Of a stretch of 64,000 nucleotides of DNA, positions 10,739 to 21,247 are shown one piece after another. Under the pieces are notes generated by a model. That model saw only the letters and a program-made list of their open reading frames with translations. It did not search any database and was not told where the DNA came from. This DNA is from an uncultured Planctomycetota bacterium (GTDB lineage: Bacteria > Planctomycetota > Planctomycetia > Gemmatales > Gemmataceae): NCBI GenBank assembly GCA_963849325.1, contig CAWKHF010000007.1, positions 416,001 through 480,000 on the forward strand, in the 5' to 3' direction. The position numbers and the translations under genes were made by a program. The stretch's first letter is position 1. The number at the start of each line of letters is the position of its first letter.

Positions 10739-11972
10739 CTTCACCGATTCCTCCGCCGCAGCCCGGCCCGAGGCGGTCGCTCGCCGGGCCATCGGGGTGG
10801 GGCCGCGCCCGCGCGTGCTGGTCGTCGCTCGCTGGCCGGTCGGCGGCATCCGCACGCACCTGCTGGCGAATTACGCCGCCCTCCACGATGCCGGCTTTCG
10901 CTTCACCTTCGTCGGCCCGGCCGACGAAACTCTCAACGGCCTGCGGGCGGGGTTCGGCGACATCGAGGGAGCGGGCTTCATCGGCGCTCCGGTCGAGAAC
11001 CGACGTTGTCGGCTGTGGCCGGTGGTGCGCGGCCTGCTCCGCGAGGGACGCTTCGGACTGCTCCACGCGCACGGCGTCACGGCGGCGGCCCACACCGCCC
11101 TGGCCAATCTCGGCATCGGTGTGCCGCACGTCGTCACCCTGCACGAACCGCTGCGGACGAATCAGTTCCCCGGCTGGCTCGGTCGCTTGAAGCGCTGGAC
11201 ACTGGCGCGGGCGCTGGGACAGGCCGATGCCATCGTCACCGTCAGCGACGACGCCCGCATGAACCTGCTGGAGCATTTTCCCTCGCTGTGGTCTCGGGCC
11301 GAACGTCTGCTCACGGTGCCCAACGGCATCCACGCCGAGCGTTACGCCATCGCTCCCGAACAGCCGGCGAACGATCTGCGCGATCAGCTGGGACTCGATG
11401 CGCAGCCGTTCCTCCTCGGCTTCCTCGGCCGATTCATGCCGGAAAAAGGTTTCCCCGTGCTGCTGGAGGCCGTGGAGCGCCTGGCGCGAGAGGAGACGGT
11501 TCGTCCGTTCCATCTTGTCGGCTTCGGCTCGGGCGATTTTCGCCGCGAGTATCAGAAGGCCATCCTGCGCCGCGGGCTGGAGAAAGTCGTCAGCCTGCTC
11601 GACCAGGTGGCGGACGTGCGGCCGGTGCTGTCGCAGCTCGACCTGGTGGTGGTGCCGTCGCTGTGGGAGGCGTCGTCGCTGGTGTCGATGGAAGCGATGG
11701 CCGCCGGCGTGCCGGTGCTCGGTTCGGACTGCATCGGTCTACGCGAAGTGCTGCGCGGCACGCCGTCGCGCCTGGCGGCGACGAACGACGCGGCCGCGCT
11801 GGCCGCCGGCCTGCGGGCCGCTCTCGACGAGCCGTGGACGGAGGCGGCGCGGACCTTCGCCGCCGAAGCACAAGCGCGATTCGATAATGTCCACTCGGTT
11901 CGGCGATTGACGACGCTGTTCGAGTCGTTGGCGAGCGGCGCGGGGCGGAGCGCCCGGCCGCTCGCGGCGTGA
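10719..11972 (+). CDS. GT4 glycosyltransferase
   Basis: GGIRTH, VPNGI, FLGRFMPEKG, PSLWEASSLVSMEAMAAG. Confidence 0.88.
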   Translation: MPVRPANFTDSSAAARPEAVARRAIGVGPRPRVLVVARWPVGGIRTHLLANYAALHDAGFRFTFVGPADETLNGLRAGFGDIEGAGFIGAPVENRRCRLWPVVRGLLREGRFGLLHAHGVTAAAHTALANLGIGVPHVVTLHEPLRTNQFPGWLGRLKRWTLARALGQADAIVTVSDDARMNLLEHFPSLWSRAERLLTVPNGIHAERYAIAPEQPANDLRDQLGLDAQPFLLGFLGRFMPEKGFPVLLEAVERLAREETVRPFHLVGFGSGDFRREYQKAILRRGLEKVVSLLDQVADVRPVLSQLDLVVVPSLWEASSLVSMEAMAAGVPVLGSDCIGLREVLRGTPSRLAATNDAAALAAGLRAALDEPWTEAARTFAAEAQARFDNVHSVRRLTTLFESLASGAGRSARPLAA

Positions 11973-12002
11973 TCGGGGATTCGCAACCTACGGGGCCAAG
12001 GC

Positions 12003-13298
12003 ATGATCTGGCTGCTGGGCGGATACATGTGGCTGTTCGTGCATCGGCCGTTCGAGATCTGGCCGGTGCTCGGCCTGCTGCAGATCGAGCGCGTCTACAT
12101 GATGGTGATGCTCGTGGTGTGGCTGGTTTCGCCCGGCAAGGGCTGGGTACCCAATCGCATCCACTACGCGCTGGCGTTTTTCACGATCGTTCTGGCGGTG
12201 GCCTGGCTGCTCAGCCCGTACATGGAGCAACCGCTGTGTACCGACACCATCGAGAATTATTTCAAGGTGGCCGTGTTCTACGTGCTGGTGTTGTCGAGCG
12301 TGCGTGACGAGCGCGGCCTGCGCCTACTCGTGCTGCTCTTTTTAACGGCGGTCGGCCTGTACATGGCGCATTCGCTGTGGGAGTTCATCCACGGCCGCTA
12401 CCAGTGGCGCATGGGCATCCGCCGCATGATGGGCATCGATCAAAGCTATGGCGACCCGAACGCTTTCGCCTCCAGCTTGCTGTACGCGCTGCCGTTGACG
12501 CTGCCGTTGTGGGCCACACGGCCGTCCAAGCTTCTGCGTTTGACGCTGGTGAGCTTCACCTTTGGCGTGTGCATCTGTGTGGCCCTCACGGGGTCGCGCG
12601 GCGGGCTGGTCGGGTTGTGCGCCTTCACCGCGCTGACCCTGTTGGTGACAGTGCGGCGCAAGGCGCTGGTCGTCGTGCTGGGCGGCCTATTCGGCGCGGT
12701 GGGCCTGGGAGTGGCGGTGCTGGCGCTGCCGGAGGAGCTGCAAAACCGCTACCTGACGCTCATCGATTCGAGCTACGGACCCAAGAACGCCGCCGAATCG
12801 GCGAGCGGTCGCCTCGACGGTTTCCTCTACGGCATCGAGGCGTGGGAGAAAAGTCCGCTGCTGGGCCACGGGCCGCGCGCCTTCGACTTCGCCACGGGCC
12901 GCATGGGCGGCGCTCACAATCTTTACGGACAGGTATTATCGGAAATGGGCGGACTTGGCGCGTTGGCGCTGGCCGGCCTCGTGCTCTGCTTCGCGCTCAA
13001 CTGGCTGGAGGTGCGGCGCTTCTACCAGCGCCACCCGGAGCAGCCGCGCGATTTTTCCTTCCACGTGTCGCGGTCTATTGGACTGGTCATCGTGCTCATG
13101 ATGTTGCTCGGCTGGGGTGGACACACGCTGTACCGCTATCACTGGCAATGGTTCGCGGCCTTCCAGGCTATCGCGGTCCACTGCGTTCGCCAGAAACGTG
13201 TATCGGACCTCGTGAATGGCGAATCGAGAAACCTCCTTCCGAATCTCTTCGTCACGATGCACGGCCCGCGATTGACGATGCACGAGATGGGGTCATGA
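12003..13298 (+). CDS. O-antigen ligase-like / Wzy-type polymerase
   Basis: Polytopic membrane protein; GDPNAFA, TGSRGG, PLLGHGP, AHNLYGQVLSEMG. Confidence 0.85.
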   Translation: MIWLLGGYMWLFVHRPFEIWPVLGLLQIERVYMMVMLVVWLVSPGKGWVPNRIHYALAFFTIVLAVAWLLSPYMEQPLCTDTIENYFKVAVFYVLVLSSVRDERGLRLLVLLFLTAVGLYMAHSLWEFIHGRYQWRMGIRRMMGIDQSYGDPNAFASSLLYALPLTLPLWATRPSKLLRLTLVSFTFGVCICVALTGSRGGLVGLCAFTALTLLVTVRRKALVVVLGGLFGAVGLGVAVLALPEELQNRYLTLIDSSYGPKNAAESASGRLDGFLYGIEAWEKSPLLGHGPRAFDFATGRMGGAHNLYGQVLSEMGGLGALALAGLVLCFALNWLEVRRFYQRHPEQPRDFSFHVSRSIGLVIVLMMLLGWGGHTLYRYHWQWFAAFQAIAVHCVRQKRVSDLVNGESRNLLPNLFVTMHGPRLTMHEMGS

Positions 13299-14854
13299 AC
13301 GATCGCTCGTTTGTCAAACATGCCGCGGTTTACGGCCTGGCCAACCTGCTGGTGCAAGCCGGCGGGTTCGTGCTGCTGCCGCTCTACACGCGCTGCCTGA
13401 CACCGTCGGACTACGGCGTGCTGGAGGTGCTGGGGCGCCTGGCTGAGACGGTCGGCACCTGCCTGATGTTCGGCGGCTTTCGGCAAGCGCTCTTGACGTT
13501 CTACCAGCAGAGCCAGCACGAGGCGGAACGTCGTCGCGTCGTGGTCACGACGCTGAGCCTGTTCGGCCTGACCGGCCTGCTGGGCGGCGGTCTGGTGCTG
13601 GCGCTGGCCGACCCGTTGGCTGCGCTGCTCAACCGTTTCATGCAGGCCGACGCACCGATCCTCAGTGCCGGCCTGCTGCGCCTGGCCATCCTGGCCATTC
13701 TGCTGGAGCCGCTCAGCCAGCTGCCGATGGCGCTGATCCAGGCGCGCGTCGAGTCGGTGCGGTTCGTGTCGATCACGCTGACGCAGTTCGTGGTCCGCGT
13801 CGGCCTATGCGTGCTGCTGGTCAAGTGCCTCAACGGCGGCGTGGCGGGCGCCCTGGGAGCGACCGCGCTGATGGGGACACTGTTCGGGCTGACCTTGTCC
13901 ACGCGGGAACTGCTGCGCGGCCCGGCCTGGCCCAGCTTCGGACAGCTCCGCGCCATGCTCCGCTTCACCCTGCCGCTCGTGCCTGGCGGGTTGTGCTTTT
14001 TCCTGATGCACCACGGCGACCGCTTCTTCCTGCTTCGTTACCGTGGCACCGAAGACGTGGGCACCTATGCGCTCGGCTACAAGCTGGCCCTGGCGGTCGT
14101 CATGTTCAGCCTGTCGCCGTCGTGCATGGTCTGGAGCGCCCGCATGTACCAGGTCGAGCGACAGGCGGATGCTCCGACCGTGTTCGGCACGGTCTTCACG
14201 CGCATCCTGGCGGGATACTTGTTCGGGCGCTGGGGCTGGCGCTATTCCAGGACGAAGTGGTACGACTACTCGGCGGCGCCGGCTATGCCCGAGCATCGCG
14301 GATCGTGACACCGGTGCTACTGGCATACTTGTGTCAGTCGGCGGCGTCGCTCATGGACTCCGGACTGTACATGCGGCACCGCACCGGCCTGAAGCTGGGC
14401 ATCACGCTGGCCACCACGACGGTCATGCTGCTGCTGTACGCCGTGCTCATTCCGAGCTACGGCAGCATGGGGGCGGCGATGGCCACGCTGGGTGGCTTCG
14501 CTTTCCTGGCCGTGTGTACCTGGGTGGTGACGCAGCGCGTTTTTCCGGTTCGTTACGAATGGCCGCGACTAATGGCGCTGCTGGCCGTGGCGGCGGGCCT
14601 GTGGTCGTTGTCGCGTCTGCTGCCGGTCAGCGCCGTGGGCCTGGCCGGCCAAGGCCGGCTTATGGCTGCTGGCGCCGGTCCTCGTCTGGTGCCTGGGCCT
14701 GATGTCGCACCGCGAGAAAGAGCACGTCCGCAACCTCGGCGACGAAGCGCGGCAACGTCTCCTCGGCTATCTGGCGTGGTCGCGGACGTTCCGGCCGCCG
14801 CTCTCGGCGGCGATGCCGGCGGAGCTGGCCGACGAAGAACAGCCGGCCGTGTGA
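13295..14854 (+). CDS. Wzx-type polysaccharide flippase (frameshifts ~14228 and ~14635)
   Basis: LLPLYTRCLTPSDYG, DRFFL, VGTYALGYK, LIPSYGSMGAA; many TMs; ATGA overlap with the upstream gene. Confidence 0.85.
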
Positions 14855-14909
14855 GAGAGAAACCAGAGGTTTCATCCGAGTTTCGCCCCGATCGGAGGAG
14901 GAGATCGAC

Positions 14910-16751
14910 GTGAACATCAGCTATCTCGGCGGCATTCTCAAGCGCGGCCCGATAGAACGGCGTCCGGCCATCGGGGCCGGCGCCATCGACGAGGACTGGG
15001 GCTGGATCGGCGAAGAGGCCGAGTTGTTCCTGCACGCCGCCGGGCCGTGCTGCCGGCTGTTCACCTGGGACGCGCTGGCCCTGCTGGTGCGCGGCTACGC
15101 CCGTCCGACCGACGGCAGCGACGCGCTCGACCTGGAGCGCGTGGCCGAGGAAGTCCGCTGCCATTACCTCGAACACGGCGAACTGGCCGTCGAGTGGCTG
15201 GATGGCAGCTTCACCCTGGCGCTGCTGGACGGCCAGGCGCGGCGAGTGCTGCTGTACCGCAACCTCGTCGGCTCCGGCTTCACCTACTACCATGCGTCGG
15301 CCGACGGCCTGCTCTTCGGCAGCAACCTCGCCGAGTTGCTCGACGCCGCCCACGTCACGGCGCGGCCCAACCGCGACGCCCTGCCGGCGTTCTTCCTCTA
15401 TCGCTGCGTGCCCGGCCGCGAAACATTACTGGATGGTTTTTTCCGTCTGCTGCCGGGCGAACAAGTGTGCTGGGACGCGCGCGGCCTGACGCGCGTGCAG
15501 CGGCAGACCTTCGCCGACCTCCGCGGCGAGCGCATCGACGACCCGGAGGCGGTGGACCTCCTCGACGAGACGATGGAGCGCGTGCTGTGGGACTGCGCCC
15601 AGTTCCGACCAGGCACCGCCAACTTGCTGTCGGGCGGCGTGGACAGCTCGTATCTGCAAGCGATCTGGGGGCGCGTGACGCCCAGCGACGGGATGCCGGC
15701 CAGTTACTCCATCGACGTCGATCACCCGCACACCTGGCGCGACACCGATTACGCCGTCACCGCCAGCCGGACCCTGGGCAGCCGACACACGCTCGTTCCC
15801 GCCGACGAGCCGTATGCCACCTACCTGCTCGACGCCCTGGCCACGACAGCCGAACCGCCCAACCACGTGCAGAGCGCCTACTTCGGCCACCTGGCCCGCG
15901 TCATGGTCGAGCAAGGCGTGCGCAGTGGATTGTGCGGCGAGGGAGCGGACAGCCTGTTTGGCCTGGGACTGGCCAACCAGCTGCACAACGCCGGCCTGCT
16001 GCGGCGACTCGTGCCGCTGCGATGGATGCGGCGGGGCGGCGCCTTCGTTAGCGGCGCCTTCGGATGGGAACGTCTGGCGGCCACGTTCCAATTAAGTAAT
16101 CGTCTCAACGACTTTGACTGTCTGGAACATCCGGTTAATCGAGTGGCGGCCTTCGCCGACTGGACGGCGGTCGAGGCGTGCTTCGGTCAGGGGGCCGTCG
16201 CGGCGGCGGCGAGCGAACGACGGTCGCTTCTGGACCTGTACGCCATCCCCGATTGCCCGCAGGAGCGGCTCCACGCGGCCGGCTTCCTGGGAGAAGCGAT
16301 GGACAGTGCTTCGCTGTGGACGACGCTGTTCAACCGCGCCGGGGCGGACCTGCTGTGTCCGTTCCTCGATTCGCGCGTGCTGCACCTGGCGCTCAACCTC
16401 GCTCCGGGCGTTCGCTTCCGTTTCCGACGACCCAAGGACGCGCTCAAGCGGGCACTGGCACGGCTGGCGCCGCCGGAGCTGGCGCAGCGGTCGAAGCTCG
16501 GTTTCGGTCAGCCGATTTTCGAGTGGCTGGCTCCCGGCGGCTGCCTGCGGTCGCTGGTCGAGCAGATCGCCACGTATGACTTCGTGGACGCCGATGCGCT
16601 GGCGCGGATGCGACGGCAGCCGACGTGGTTTCTGTACAGCCTGTTGTGCTACGACCTGTGGCACAAGTTGTTCATCGACCGCTCGCTGCCGCGGCCGGAG
16701 CGGATCGCTGGCTGCCGCCAACTCGCCGCCTCGTTAACGGCATCTCCGTGA
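14910..16751 (+). CDS. Asparagine synthetase-like amidoligase lacking the N-terminal catalytic Cys
   Basis: LSGGVDSS PP-loop, CGEGADSLFG, PFLD, SKLGFGQP; N-terminus MNISYLGG rather than MCG. Confidence 0.8.
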   Translation: MNISYLGGILKRGPIERRPAIGAGAIDEDWGWIGEEAELFLHAAGPCCRLFTWDALALLVRGYARPTDGSDALDLERVAEEVRCHYLEHGELAVEWLDGSFTLALLDGQARRVLLYRNLVGSGFTYYHASADGLLFGSNLAELLDAAHVTARPNRDALPAFFLYRCVPGRETLLDGFFRLLPGEQVCWDARGLTRVQRQTFADLRGERIDDPEAVDLLDETMERVLWDCAQFRPGTANLLSGGVDSSYLQAIWGRVTPSDGMPASYSIDVDHPHTWRDTDYAVTASRTLGSRHTLVPADEPYATYLLDALATTAEPPNHVQSAYFGHLARVMVEQGVRSGLCGEGADSLFGLGLANQLHNAGLLRRLVPLRWMRRGGAFVSGAFGWERLAATFQLSNRLNDFDCLEHPVNRVAAFADWTAVEACFGQGAVAAAASERRSLLDLYAIPDCPQERLHAAGFLGEAMDSASLWTTLFNRAGADLLCPFLDSRVLHLALNLAPGVRFRFRRPKDALKRALARLAPPELAQRSKLGFGQPIFEWLAPGGCLRSLVEQIATYDFVDADALARMRRQPTWFLYSLLCYDLWHKLFIDRSLPRPERIAGCRQLAASLTASP

Positions 16752-16784
16752 CGTCCGGAAAGACCCCATCAACCGAGAGGACTT

Positions 16785-17678
16785 ATGCCGACCCTTGAAG
16801 TGAACGAATCCGTCTTCCGTTTCCGTGCCGTGCCGTCCGGCCGCATGCCCCTGGAGGACGATCCGGAGCCGATGGTGCAGCAGCAGCTGGCCCGCCTGCA
16901 CTTCTTCCAGCGTCGGGTCGGCGCCCTGGGCCGGCGCGTGCTCGATTGGGGCTGCGGCTCCGGGTTCAACTGCGCCTGGCTGTTGCGCGAGGCGCAGGCC
17001 GCCGAGGCCGCCGGCTTCGACCTGTCCGCCGATGCCATCGCCCTGGCTCGCCGCGCCTACCCCGCTGTCTCGTTCGCCGTCGCCGACGCCTGCGATCCCG
17101 CCCTCGATTTGTGTCCGGGTCAATGGGACCGCATTTTGTCCTGCGAAGTGCTGGAGCACGTGCCCGACATGACGGCATTCCTGGCCAACCTGCGCCGCCA
17201 CCTCCATCCGGATGGACTCGCCTTCGTGTCCACACCCAACCGTCTCATATTCTCGCTCGGACACGAGCCATCGCCGGTCAACAAGGAGCACATCAAGGAG
17301 CTGACGTTGGCAGAGTTCCGCGCCGTGCTGCGGCCGCACTTCTCGGACGTCGAGATTTATGGGCAGCGCTTCAAAGATCCGGCACTCCTGGCGGCCTGGG
17401 AGGCGGACGTACGCGGCAAAATCGAGAGCTGCCGGCGCGGCGAGCGCTGGCTGGAGAGACCGACGCTCCGCTCCCGTCTGCTGCGTTTGCCCTGGGTCCG
17501 CCGAGCGCATGGCATCCCCCTTCTGCGTGACGCCTGGCGCGCCCTGCGCTGGGGCGTGGTGCCGAGCCTACGCGGTTGGGTCCAGCCGCCGCGGCCCCCG
17601 TATCGCTGGAGAGATTTCGAGTTTGTCGCCGACGATCTGTCCGATGCCGTGTGGTTCTGTGCGATCTTACGGCCGTGA
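16785..17678 (+). CDS. Class I SAM-dependent methyltransferase
   Basis: VLDWGCGSG, EVLEHV, STPN. Confidence 0.88.
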   Translation: MPTLEVNESVFRFRAVPSGRMPLEDDPEPMVQQQLARLHFFQRRVGALGRRVLDWGCGSGFNCAWLLREAQAAEAAGFDLSADAIALARRAYPAVSFAVADACDPALDLCPGQWDRILSCEVLEHVPDMTAFLANLRRHLHPDGLAFVSTPNRLIFSLGHEPSPVNKEHIKELTLAEFRAVLRPHFSDVEIYGQRFKDPALLAAWEADVRGKIESCRRGERWLERPTLRSRLLRLPWVRRAHGIPLLRDAWRALRWGVVPSLRGWVQPPRPPYRWRDFEFVADDLSDAVWFCAILRP

Positions 17679-17728
17679 GCGGGCGTCGCGCCCTTGGGTA
17701 TGGCTGACCCTGGCGAGAACATCGATCC

Positions 17729-19110
17729 ATGACACTCTACCCCATGCTGGTCCGCAACCTGTTCGTACCCCTGTCGCTGTGGCGCGGCGGCGAGCTGGCC
17801 CAATGGCGCTACCTCCGCGAGTTCGAGCGCACCCAGTTTTTGTCCGTCGAGGAAGTCCGCCGACTCCAGTGGAGTCGATTACAATTGCTGCTGGAACATG
17901 CCTACGTCCAGTGTCCGTTCTACCGCCAGCGCTTCGACCGCGTCGGGCTGAGGCCGAGTGACCTGCGCAGATTGGAAGACCTGCGCGTCCTCCCGGTACT
18001 GGAGAAGCGCGACATCCAGGTGTACGGCGACGACATGGTGGCGCGGAACTGGCCGCGCGGCGACCTGATCCGCAATCAGACCGGCGGCTCGACCGGCACG
18101 CCGGTGTCCTTCTATTTGAGCAAGGCGCGAAAGTGTTCGCGGGCGGCGGCGACGCTGCGGCACAATCGCTGGGCCGGCTGGGAGGTCGGCGACAAGGCGG
18201 CGGTCATCTGGGGAGCGCCGCGCGATCGGCCGGCCGACACCTGGCGCGCTCGCCTGCGCGGCGCCCTGCTGGCGGAACCGCTGTGGCTGGACACGGCCCA
18301 CGTCACCGAGGCGAGCCTGGCCGCCTTTCACGCCGACCTGGCACGCTGGAAGCCGCGCATCATCCAGGCGTATGCCCGCGCGGCTGTATTATTCGCCCGG
18401 TATTTGCAGGCGCGAGGCCTGACGCCGTACCGGCCGCACGCCCTCGTCACGTCGGCGGAGGTGCTCGAAGCGGACGAACGCCGGCTTCTCGAAGACGTGT
18501 TCGGCTGTCCCGTCTTCAACCGCTATGGTTGCCGCGAGGTCAGCGTGGTCGCCAGCGAGTGTCCGGAGCACAGTGGTCTTCATATCATGGCGGAAGGTTT
18601 GTACGTTGAGATCGAGACGCCGCACGGGCCGGCTGGTCCCGGAGAGATGGGCGCGATCCTCGTGACGGACCTGCTCAACCATGCCATGCCGCTGATCCGC
18701 TACCGCATCGGCGACCTCGGCGCCTGGGCGGCGGGAACATGCCGTTGCGGCCGAGGTCTGCCGCGACTGGAGCGCGTGGCCGGGCGCGTCACCGACTTCC
18801 TGGTCGGTTGCGATGGGCGACTCGTTTCGGGCGTGTACCTGGCCACCTACGTGGTGGCGCAGCGCCGAGCCTGGGGCAGGTGCAGATTCATCAGGATCGG
18901 GCCGGCGCCGTGACCTACCGCATCAAACCGGGCCGCGACTTTCATCTGGCGCACGACCTGGAGTATTTGCGGACGACGACTCGACAGTATCTCGGCAGCG
19001 AGGCGGTGATCGACAGCGAAGTCGTGACGGAATTGCCGGCCGAACCGTCCGGCAAATTCCTGTTCAGTCGTTCGACCGTGGCGCCGGGGTTTCTCGCCCC
19101 AACGACGTGA
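17729..19110 (+). CDS. Phenylacetate-CoA ligase-like (CapK family) adenylate-forming enzyme (frameshift ~18865)
   Basis: TGGSTGTP, YGCRE, MPLIRYRIGD, GR, SGKF. Confidence 0.88.
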
Positions 19111-19154
19111 CGAGAGCGCGACGGTTGCCCCACCCGCGTGAGAAAGGGACACGG

Positions 19155-20573
19155 ATGGACCATACGCCCTTCTTGGACCCCGAAGCACCAGTCTCCCGAA
19201 TGCAGGCGCTGACGCGGCTGCCGTGGCTGGTTTACCGCCTCTTTCGCTGGCGTGCCCTGCGCGGCGGTTGGCTGCCGGGCTACCTGCGTCGGCACCGCTC
19301 CTTCGATCGCCGCGCCTTTGGGCCGGACCAGCCCATCGACATCCTGGTCCTGTGCAGCGATCACTTCGAGCCGGCCCGGCGTTTCGGCGACGCGGCCGCG
19401 GTCGAATCGGTGCGCTCGTGGTGCGCCGCCTACGAGAAGATGGCCGGGCAGCACCGCGACGCGGACGGTCGGCCGCCGCAGCACACCTGGTTCTATCGCT
19501 ACGACTACCCCAACTCCGGCTGCATGCGGGCTTTGAGCGAATGTGTCTTCCGTGGCTTCGGTGAGGTCGAATTCCATCTGCACCACGGCCACGATACGCA
19601 TGAGACGATGCTGGCGACGCTGCGGGCGGGAGTGGACTGGTTCAGTCGTTTCGGCGCCATGCGCACCGCCGAACCCGAGCCGCGACCGCGTTACGGCTAT
19701 GTCGCCGGGAACTCGGCCCTGGATAACGGGGCCGGCGATGATGCGCTGAGCGGTTGCGCCACCGAGCTGCGCGCCCTGCGGGACACCGGCTGCTACGCCG
19801 ACTTCACCTTTCCGTCGCTCGGTTCGCCGGCGCAGCCGCGCCTGGCCAACTGTATCTATTACGCCACCGAGGACGGCCGGCCCAAGTCCTACAATCGCGG
19901 CAAGCCCGTCGAGGTGGGCCGGCCGGCGCGGGGCGATCTGATGATATTCCAGGGTCCGGTGGCCATCGACTGGCGCTCCGGCTGCCTGGATGATGGCGCC
20001 GTGGAGAACACCTCGCCGCCGCATCCGCGTCGTCTGGCGAGTTGGCTGTCGGCCCACGTCCACGTGCCGGGCCGGCCCGAATGGGTTTTCGTCAAGCTGC
20101 ATACGCACGCCATGCAGAACCGCGACTCGTTCCTCAGCGCCGACAACGACGCCGTCTTCACCGCGATGGAGACGTGGTGGAACCGTCCGCCGTTCCGCCT
20201 GCACTACGTGACGGCCCGCGAGGCGTACAACCTCGTCAAGGCCGCCGAGGCCGGCAAGTCCGGCGATCCCAACGACTACCGCGATTTCGCGGTCCCGCCC
20301 CCCGCTAATCGTCTCGTCCACTGCGACGCGCCGTGGCGGCTGTTGAGCTACACTCCCGAGCGCACCCACGTCGAGATACTCGAAGGGGGACCGGCTCGGC
20401 TACGGTTCGCGCGCGGCAGTCTGGCCTCCGTCGCCGGCCGCATCCGCGAAGTCGAGGCAACCTACCGCGATGAGCTGCTGACCGACCTGCGCATCGAAGG
20501 GGAAGGACCGTATGAAGTGATGAGGCGAACGGCCGGCGTCAGCCGGCTGGTGGTCGCTTCACCAGCCGGCTGA
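19155..20573 (+). CDS. Uncharacterised His-rich protein, possible metal-dependent polysaccharide deacetylase-like fold
   Basis: Intact ORF; motifs DHFEP, EFHLHH, GCYADFTFPS, VKLHTH, HYVTARE; last gene of the EPS operon. Confidence 0.65.
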   Translation: MDHTPFLDPEAPVSRMQALTRLPWLVYRLFRWRALRGGWLPGYLRRHRSFDRRAFGPDQPIDILVLCSDHFEPARRFGDAAAVESVRSWCAAYEKMAGQHRDADGRPPQHTWFYRYDYPNSGCMRALSECVFRGFGEVEFHLHHGHDTHETMLATLRAGVDWFSRFGAMRTAEPEPRPRYGYVAGNSALDNGAGDDALSGCATELRALRDTGCYADFTFPSLGSPAQPRLANCIYYATEDGRPKSYNRGKPVEVGRPARGDLMIFQGPVAIDWRSGCLDDGAVENTSPPHPRRLASWLSAHVHVPGRPEWVFVKLHTHAMQNRDSFLSADNDAVFTAMETWWNRPPFRLHYVTAREAYNLVKAAEAGKSGDPNDYRDFAVPPPANRLVHCDAPWRLLSYTPERTHVEILEGGPARLRFARGSLASVAGRIREVEATYRDELLTDLRIEGEGPYEVMRRTAGVSRLVVASPAG

Positions 20574-20594
20574 CGCCGGCCGTTCGCCATTCAA

Positions 20595-21159
20595 TTACTT
20601 CTTGTGCTCCGCGCTGGGGTTGGCGATGCCGACGACGCCGCCGGCGATGCGAGGGCCAGCGTTCCCGGCTGGATCACTCTTTTGATCGTCTTCCCCGCCG
20701 TGGATGATGACAGCCCGGCCGACGATCGAGTGCGAACCGCTCAGGGCGATCAGCTTGTCCCTCAGGTGGATGGTGGCCTTGCCGCTGTCATCGGCGGTGA
20801 TGTTGCCGAGGTCGCCGACGTGGCGTTCCTCCGAAGTGGGGCCGCCATGCTTCTTCTTCTCGGGATTGAAGTGGCCGCCGTGGCATTTGGGATCGGCGGA
20901 GGAGCAATCGCCGAACTCGTGGATGTGGAAGCCGTGCTTGCCGGGTTTCAGGCCGCGGATCTCGCCGCTGATCTGCACGCCCTCGGCGGTCGCCGTGAAG
21001 TGGACGACGCCCTTGACGGGGCTGTCGCCGAAACCGTGGATGACGGCGACGGCCTTGGTGGGACCGCCGTGCTTGACCTCCTTCACTACTTCTTCTTGCG
21101 CCCAGCAGCACCATCGGTACCGCCAGCGCCACCATGGCAACGAGAACTCGCTTCATCAT
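20595..21159 (-). CDS. sodC: Cu/Zn superoxide dismutase with signal peptide (frameshift ~21100)
   Basis: HGFHIHE, GGHFNP, KHG, RHVGDLGN, IIHGGEDD, GNAGPR. Confidence 0.93.
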
Positions 21160-21247
21160 GGGACACCCTTTCTTCGTGGACCATCAAGTTTGTCAGGGCC
21201 GACGTGCGGTCATGCTATGACATCGGCCGAGCCGGTGCAAACGATTT

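Noticed and set aside
6057-10855. Long antisense ORFs (e.g. 6057-7541, 9188-10855) and similar ones across the window
   Set aside because: Shadow ORFs expected in high-GC DNA opposite well-supported genes; no motifs
14910-16751. Lasso peptide cyclase / RiPP cluster
   Set aside because: No precursor peptide, B1 (PqqD-like) or B2 protease gene nearby; the context is polysaccharide biosynthesis
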